From: Chloroflexota bacterium
GTDB lineage: Bacteria; Chloroflexota; Dehalococcoidia; Bin125
Direction: 5' to 3'
DNA length: 64,000 nucleotides
Assembly (NCBI GenBank): GCA_026705025.1
Contig: JAPPBN010000046.1
Span: 4,031-68,030 of the forward strand
This document shows, in pieces, positions 57,461-64,000 of this stretch. The translations under genes were made by a program, and so were the position numbers. Each line of letters starts with the position of its first letter. Positions within the stretch are counted from its first letter, which is position 1. Under the pieces are notes generated by a model. That model did not search any database. It saw only the letters and a program-made list of their open reading frames with translations, and was not told the DNA's origin.

Positions 57461-59854
57461 TCAGGGTACCCAGTTGTTGAGGAGTGCACCCTCGAGGACC
57501 TGGCGGACGAGCGGCCCGGCGTCGTCGGATCCCGATTTGGCGTTGTCCAGAACCACCGTGACGACCAATCGCGGTTCCTCAAAGTTCGCCCATCCGGTGA
57601 ACCAGACATGGTTGAGCGATTGTTCATCTTCCTCGTCATCTGCTTCGTCGGCCGACTCCTCCGATTCGTCCTGCCCGGTTTGCTCGCTGTTCAGTTCGAC
57701 GTCGATCTCTTCGTCCTGCTCAGACTCTTCGTCGCCGATGTCGGCCTGAGCGTCGGACTCAACGATCTGATCCTCCGACGTTCCGGACTTGCCGGCCGCT
57801 CGCAGGATGCTGCCCTGGAAGACGTAAAAGCCCGTGCCGTAGGGCTGAGAGATCGTGGTGCGCAGCGCGGCCTGGAGTTGCTCCAGTGTGTCGGCGGAGA
57901 CCGGCAGGACGCTGATCGATCGGCGATCGATGACTTCCGGCGGTCGCCCGTGCGGTTCGATCGATTGGGCGATGATCGGCGTACTGACGACGCCGTTTGT
58001 CGCCAGCGCGGCGTAGGCATTGGCCATCTGCAAGACCGTCACGGCGACGAACCCCTGTCCGATGGACATGTTCAGGGTGTCGCCGGTGAACCAGGCCTCG
58101 TTGTAGTGTTCGTTCTTCCATTCCGGTCCGGGATTGAAGCCGGGTTCCTCGTTGAGACCCAGGATGCCGGTCGGTTGGCCGAATCCAAATCCGGAAGCGA
58201 CGGACGGCAGGAGTCGCTCGTCGACCCGATCGAGATTCAGACCGACCTCGAAGAAGACCGTGTTACAGGACTCGGCCAGGGCCTGAGAGAGCGTGAGCCG
58301 ACCCTGGTCGACGTCCTTCCAGTTGCGCAGCGGCTGGTCGCCGACTTTCATCCACTGGGCCGGACAGGAGATGCGGTCGGTGATCTCGTAACCGCCCCCT
58401 TCGAGGGCCGCTGCGAGCGTGATTGCTTTGAACGTCGACGCTGGCGCATAGAGTTGCTCGACCGCCCGGTTGATGAAGGGCTGGCGTTCGTCGAAGAAGT
58501 AGGTCTCGTACTCCTCCTGGGTGACGCCGTCGACGATGGTGTTGGGATCGATACGGGGATAGGAGGCCATAGCCAGGATGTGTCCGCTGCGCGGATCGAT
58601 CGCGACGACAGCGCCCGGCTGCTCACCCAGCGCCGCTTCGGCCAGCTCCTGCACGCGAATGTCGAGCGTGAGTCGGATGTCGGCGCCCGGGATCGGGGCG
58701 CGAGTGATGATTTCCCGCACCGGACGGCCAATCGGATCGACGACCAGGAGGCTGCCTCCCCGACGACCGGCCAGGGCGCGCTCGAAACTCTGCTCAATGC
58801 CGTCCCGTCCGACCATGTCGCCGGCGCGGTATCCCTCGACGAACCACGCGGCCAGCTCCTCGGGATTGATCTCCTGCAGGTAACCGATCACATGGGCGGC
58901 GACGCTGCCGAATGGATAGAAGCGACGGGTTTGCCGGGTTAGCAGGATGCCATCCGAGGCCAGACGTTCGAACTCGCCGATCGACTCGGGCGGCGTGTCA
59001 ATTGGCAGAACAGCGACCGGGATGAACTGATAGGAGGGCAGATCCTGGTAGATCAGCGCCCTGACGTCTTCTTCCGCCATGTTCAGACGCTCAACGAAGA
59101 AATTCAGCACAGCCACTTCATCGGTGATTGAATCCCAGTGGACGCCGACGATGGTCACATCGGTCTCACCGGCAAGTACGACGCCGTTGCGGTCGATGAT
59201 CTGACCTCGAGGCGGGGTCTCGATCAGCGCGTTGATCAGGTAGCCGGGGGAACCCAGCCCGGTGAACATCAGGTCGGGCGTCCAGTCGACGACCCAATGA
59301 GGCTGACGCAAGGTTCGGGCTTGCACGATCTCTTCGATCTCGCCGAAGAACGTGGTCTGGTAGCGAATGATCACCTCATGCGACGACGCGTTCTCGTCAT
59401 CTTGGGGAATCACTTCCCAGGTGAATCCGCGGATCGTCGCCTCGGCCCAAACATCCCGGTAGCGCTGCTCGAAGGCATCGATGGTGATTCGTTCCCGGGT
59501 TTCTGTTGAAGTTCGTTGATAGGCGCTGCGCAGGTCTCCGGTTGCGATCAGGTGGAAGAAACTCTGCACCGCAAAGCGAGCGCTGGGCGGCGCGACCTCC
59601 AGGTTTTCCAGCTCTTCGGCCGGCGGCGTGTATGCCTGCGAGGCATCGGCGGTCCCGTCAACGGACGCAGCGGTTCCTGCTGCCTGGTCTTGGGTCTGCT
59701 GGGTGCCTTCCTGGGGCGGAGGCGGGAAGTACTGCGAGAGATCGCGTTCGGATTCGCCGCCGAATATGCAGCCGCTGAGCGCCCATGCCGCGATGAGCAG
59801 CGTCGCGACCCAGATTCCCAGAGACAGGTGTTGTCGTCGAGGCACGTCGCCCAT
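57461..59854 (-). CDS. mrdA: Class B penicillin-binding protein (PBP2-like) with NTF2-like N-terminal domain; probable lipoprotein
   Basis: Lipobox LSGC; RGQIIDRNG; catalytic STFK, SCN and KSG motifs. Confidence 0.88.
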   Translation of the reverse strand: MGDVPRRQHLSLGIWVATLLIAAWALSGCIFGGESERDLSQYFPPPPQEGTQQTQDQAAGTAASVDGTADASQAYTPPAEELENLEVAPPSARFAVQSFFHLIATGDLRSAYQRTSTETRERITIDAFEQRYRDVWAEATIRGFTWEVIPQDDENASSHEVIIRYQTTFFGEIEEIVQARTLRQPHWVVDWTPDLMFTGLGSPGYLINALIETPPRGQIIDRNGVVLAGETDVTIVGVHWDSITDEVAVLNFFVERLNMAEEDVRALIYQDLPSYQFIPVAVLPIDTPPESIGEFERLASDGILLTRQTRRFYPFGSVAAHVIGYLQEINPEELAAWFVEGYRAGDMVGRDGIEQSFERALAGRRGGSLLVVDPIGRPVREIITRAPIPGADIRLTLDIRVQELAEAALGEQPGAVVAIDPRSGHILAMASYPRIDPNTIVDGVTQEEYETYFFDERQPFINRAVEQLYAPASTFKAITLAAALEGGGYEITDRISCPAQWMKVGDQPLRNWKDVDQGRLTLSQALAESCNTVFFEVGLNLDRVDERLLPSVASGFGFGQPTGILGLNEEPGFNPGPEWKNEHYNEAWFTGDTLNMSIGQGFVAVTVLQMANAYAALATNGVVSTPIIAQSIEPHGRPPEVIDRRSISVLPVSADTLEQLQAALRTTISQPYGTGFYVFQGSILRAAGKSGTSEDQIVESDAQADIGDEESEQDEEIDVELNSEQTGQDESEESADEADDEEDEQSLNHVWFTGWANFEEPRLVVTVVLDNAKSGSDDAGPLVRQVLEGALLNNWVP

Positions 59855-59991
59855 GCCAGGCTTGTCCGGTCACCCCGCTCATCGTCACCTTACCAGCCGA
59901 TCGGCTCTGTAACGCCGCGGAATCGGACCAATCAGGCGTTAGACTTGATCCGATTGCACGATCCGCAGATGACCCGCAGAGGGGGCTCAGC

Positions 59992-61167
<1,176 letters not shown>

Positions 61168-61198
61168 TCCGCCGCTTCCGCGAACCTGTTGACGAGCG

Positions 61199-63184
61199 GT
61201 GGTCCGCCGCGCGGTTCCATATGCTCTGCTGGCCTTCCTGACGTCGGGCGTCGTTGCCGGCTTCTTGGCTGTACAGCCAGGGGACGGGTTCGTCCGCGAA
61301 GCGCGGGCGCAGTGGCAATACGCCGCGGAAGTGCGGATCGCCGCACAGCGGCTGGAGAGCGGCGCGACTGAGTTTGCGCTGCAACAGCGGCAGCGGGACG
61401 GCTGGGGCGAGCTGCGGCTGCCCAGCCCGCGCTTCTTGCCGCCGGACTCACCGATCGACGTATGGAGACACTCGGGCACGTTGCAGCTCGGCAACGAAGT
61501 CGAGGTGCGGATCGCCGCGCGGAGAATCACCAACGACCAGATCGAATTCTCTCTGCAGGTCCTTGACGTGGGTGAGTGGTCCGAGCGATTGCTGCCAGTC
61601 GCGAGACTGTTCCCCGCGCTTCCGACCCCGGAGACCTGGCTCTACAGTTCCTCGTTACGTGCGCCTCCACCTACGCACGTGCCCCTTGCATATGTCAACA
61701 GCTGTCACATCGGCCAAGCGATCGATTGTCGTACCTGGACGGATTCCCAAGGTCGCGTCACAACCTCGTTGCATGCCACATCTAGCCAATCGAGTGAGCC
61801 AGGCGTAAGGCTCGAAATCACTTGTCACCAGGGCGACCTCCTCAGAATCGAGCTTCGCAGGTTGCCGATCACCGAACTCGGAAACACCACCTCAGTGCAC
61901 ATGAGACTGGAAACCGGCGCGGTGGACATTGCCGACTGGTTCGTCTGGCAGAGCCAGGATGGTCTGTTCAGCGTCGTGAAATCGCAAAGGCTGTACGGCC
62001 ACATGGAGTTCTTGCACAGCGGCCAGGTTGTTGAGATCGAGTTGCCGGGTACCGGATTACCTCGATACACGTTCAGCATCATGGGACTGTTCAGCACGCC
62101 AATTCAGGACAACATCGAGCACTGCGGCAACTACAGGGACGAAGCGCCCAGACCGCTGCCTCCTCCGCATTCAGCCAGCGGGCTCAGCGTGGCGACAATC
62201 GTCGATGACCGGTTGTTCGGCAATTCCTGGTGGCGGGAGGCTGGTCCAAGGGCGCTGAATGCGATCGGCATACGGCAACAAGCGCCCCTACGTTTGAACG
62301 TGCAGTCCGATGATTCAGAGAACCAACTCATCTGGTTCGACGTGCAGTGTGGGCCGGACGGCCTATCCGGTGGAGTCGGTACTGATTCCGCCTTGGAGTC
62401 GCAGCTTTCGCCGGAACGGTTGTCGACCGGCGCTCAACTACGTGTTCTGTGGAGTGTCGACGGCGAAGAAGTGCATGACGAAGTCTGGGTCAAGTCGTGG
62501 GACGGATACCGGCCAATCGACCTGAGGACGTTCCTCGACGCCGCGATGAAGGGGAGCGTGCTTCGATTGACCATCGGCAATGATCTTCAACTAAGTGCTG
62601 TCGTGATACTCGACGCACTGTTCAGCACGCCTGTGCAGGGTCTCCTGGAACACTGCCTGTCCTTCCCCGCTTCTCCCGATGTCCTTCGTTCGGGTCGCTT
62701 CGCGGACTCACAACCTGGCATCATCTACCGCTGGGGAACATCCATCCTTGGTCGCTGGGACGGGTGGGTGAAGGTAGAGGTCGATTCGCTGGCCGTTCAT
62801 CCCGAGGAGTCCAGCGAGCCGTCGCCCAGGCTGGTCCTGTCCTGCGGGATCGATGGCCTCGGCATCGTCATCTACGGCCTGGAGCGAGATTTCCCATTCG
62901 CCGCCGCGGACGCCAGCGTCGAAGTCTCGTGGACCGCCGATCAGACGACCGCGACTGAGACCTGGAACCTCTGGACCAGCAATCGCTCCTCCCTGGGACG
63001 AGCCATCTCTCCGCGAAATGACAGCGACTTCTATGCGGCGATCAGGAGCGCGGACCGACTGACGGTCAGCAGCGCCTCCAATCCAAGAATCACGGACTCG
63101 TTCGACCTTGCCGGCCTCGGCGTCTGGGAATTGCCTGTCATTGACGGACTCGATGGCTGTGCCGATGCGCCGAGGGAACACTAG
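61199..63184 (+). CDS. Exported multi-repeat hypothetical protein
   Basis: Signal peptide; two EVRIAA.R...EF.LQ...W.E..LP..R..P...W..S repeats; three approximately 150-aa Cys-pair repeats. Confidence 0.75.
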   Translation: MVRRAVPYALLAFLTSGVVAGFLAVQPGDGFVREARAQWQYAAEVRIAAQRLESGATEFALQQRQRDGWGELRLPSPRFLPPDSPIDVWRHSGTLQLGNEVEVRIAARRITNDQIEFSLQVLDVGEWSERLLPVARLFPALPTPETWLYSSSLRAPPPTHVPLAYVNSCHIGQAIDCRTWTDSQGRVTTSLHATSSQSSEPGVRLEITCHQGDLLRIELRRLPITELGNTTSVHMRLETGAVDIADWFVWQSQDGLFSVVKSQRLYGHMEFLHSGQVVEIELPGTGLPRYTFSIMGLFSTPIQDNIEHCGNYRDEAPRPLPPPHSASGLSVATIVDDRLFGNSWWREAGPRALNAIGIRQQAPLRLNVQSDDSENQLIWFDVQCGPDGLSGGVGTDSALESQLSPERLSTGAQLRVLWSVDGEEVHDEVWVKSWDGYRPIDLRTFLDAAMKGSVLRLTIGNDLQLSAVVILDALFSTPVQGLLEHCLSFPASPDVLRSGRFADSQPGIIYRWGTSILGRWDGWVKVEVDSLAVHPEESSEPSPRLVLSCGIDGLGIVIYGLERDFPFAAADASVEVSWTADQTTATETWNLWTSNRSSLGRAISPRNDSDFYAAIRSADRLTVSSASNPRITDSFDLAGLGVWELPVIDGLDGCADAPREH

Positions 63185-63250
63185 CTTCATCCTGAGCGTC
63201 AATTGTCAAAGAGGCGGCGTTGCCCCGCCACCGACCGACGGGAGCTTCCC

Positions 63251-64000
63251 ATGACCCGATCCCGACTCTGGCTGCTCGCAGCCAGTCCGATACTTGCGCT
63301 CGCCATTGTGGCGACCCAGCACTTCGCGCTGGCGCAGACGACCGAGGCTGCGGCGCTACGCGGCTTCAACACCTGCGACGAGTTGCACGACCATTACGTG
63401 CGGCTGGCCGTGGAATCGGCAGAGGAGGAGCGGTACGAAGAGGAAGCGGAGGCGGAAGAGGAAGCCGCCTTTGAAGAGGACGCGATGGCCGATGATTCCG
63501 GCGTCGGAGGCGACGCGGAGTTGCCAAACACCGGTACCGGTCCCGTGGATGAGGGTGAGGTGTCGGAGACCGGGACCAACATTCAGGAACGCGGCGTCGA
63601 CGAATCGGACATCATCAAGACCGACGGCACGCACTTCTACATCCTGCGTCCCCAATCCCTGCTGATTGCCGAGATCTCCGTGGACGGCCCGCTGGTCGAG
63701 GTTGGACGGATCGACTTCTCAGCGCGCGGCTACCGCCAGGAACTGCTGATCGGCAGCGGGAAGGCGATCGTGGTTCGTCAGCTGGCGGCCATCTCGACGG
63801 CGCTCGAAATCGACGATGACGAACTGGCCAAGCCTGCCCACGAGATCCTCTATGACCGCCATCAGGCAGAGCTGCTGGAGATTGACATCTCCGATCCGGC
63901 CTCGCCGACGTTGGTCCATGAACTCGATCTGGATGGCCGCTTCCTCAGTGCGCGGTTAGTGGGTAGCGATCTGCGAGTCGCGATGCAGCACAGCTCGGCC
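63251..64000 (+). CDS. Secreted beta-propeller domain-containing protein (truncated by the window end)
   Basis: GGAG RBS, signal peptide, TNIQERGVDESDIIKTDG signature; frame open to the window end. Confidence 0.85.
   Translation, partial: MTRSRLWLLAASPILALAIVATQHFALAQTTEAAALRGFNTCDELHDHYVRLAVESAEEERYEEEAEAEEEAAFEEDAMADDSGVGGDAELPNTGTGPVDEGEVSETGTNIQERGVDESDIIKTDGTHFYILRPQSLLIAEISVDGPLVEVGRIDFSARGYRQELLIGSGKAIVVRQLAAISTALEIDDDELAKPAHEILYDRHQAELLEIDISDPASPTLVHELDLDGRFLSARLVGSDLRVAMQHSSA

Noticed and set aside
63521-63535. LPNTG sortase motif in the beta-propeller protein
   Set aside because: It lies in an N-terminal linker with no following TM helix or basic tail

Overview
High-GC bacterial chromosome segment. 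The gene set points to Chloroflexota, probably Dehalococcoidia-related and possibly marine or sponge-associated. This is inferred from the N-terminally extended GreA, several luciferase-like monooxygenases, GAAC-N4-GTTC LexA boxes and apparently leaderless genes. Main contents: an A2-type caa3 cytochrome c oxidase cluster (ctaB, ctaA, ctaG, ctaE, ctaD, ctaC and a subunit-IV-like fusion), a eukaryote-type citrate synthase, greA, rsmG, three tandem MFS paralogs, a complete sufR-sufCBD-Rieske-sufSU-sufT operon, an organosulfur catabolic cluster with a frameshifted aryl-sulfate sulfotransferase, proB, ileS, murJ, rpsT, a RodZ-PASTA gene, rimO, scpB, mtaB, glycerate kinase, a class B PBP, an acyl-CoA dehydrogenase and exported repeat proteins. 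I saw no rRNA, tRNA, CRISPR array or transposase. The most unusual signal is a dispersed element family with 2 clear copies and 1 weaker copy (about 3.1-3.4, 40.2-41.0 and 18.1-18.4 kb). Each copy has a LexA-like box just upstream of a -10 hexamer and roughly 10-bp periodic repeats. The two clear copies also share a dyad with a compensatory base change and an A-tract. The fullest copy encodes an orphan HTH protein with a clamp-binding-like motif and is flanked by REP-like palindromes. Other oddities include a phage-tail-like domain inserted in oxidase subunit II, a nuclease-fold-like domain fused to duplicated subunit-IV hairpins, and a small Zn-finger protein behind LexA-like boxes. All calls come from reading the sequence; no database searches were run.
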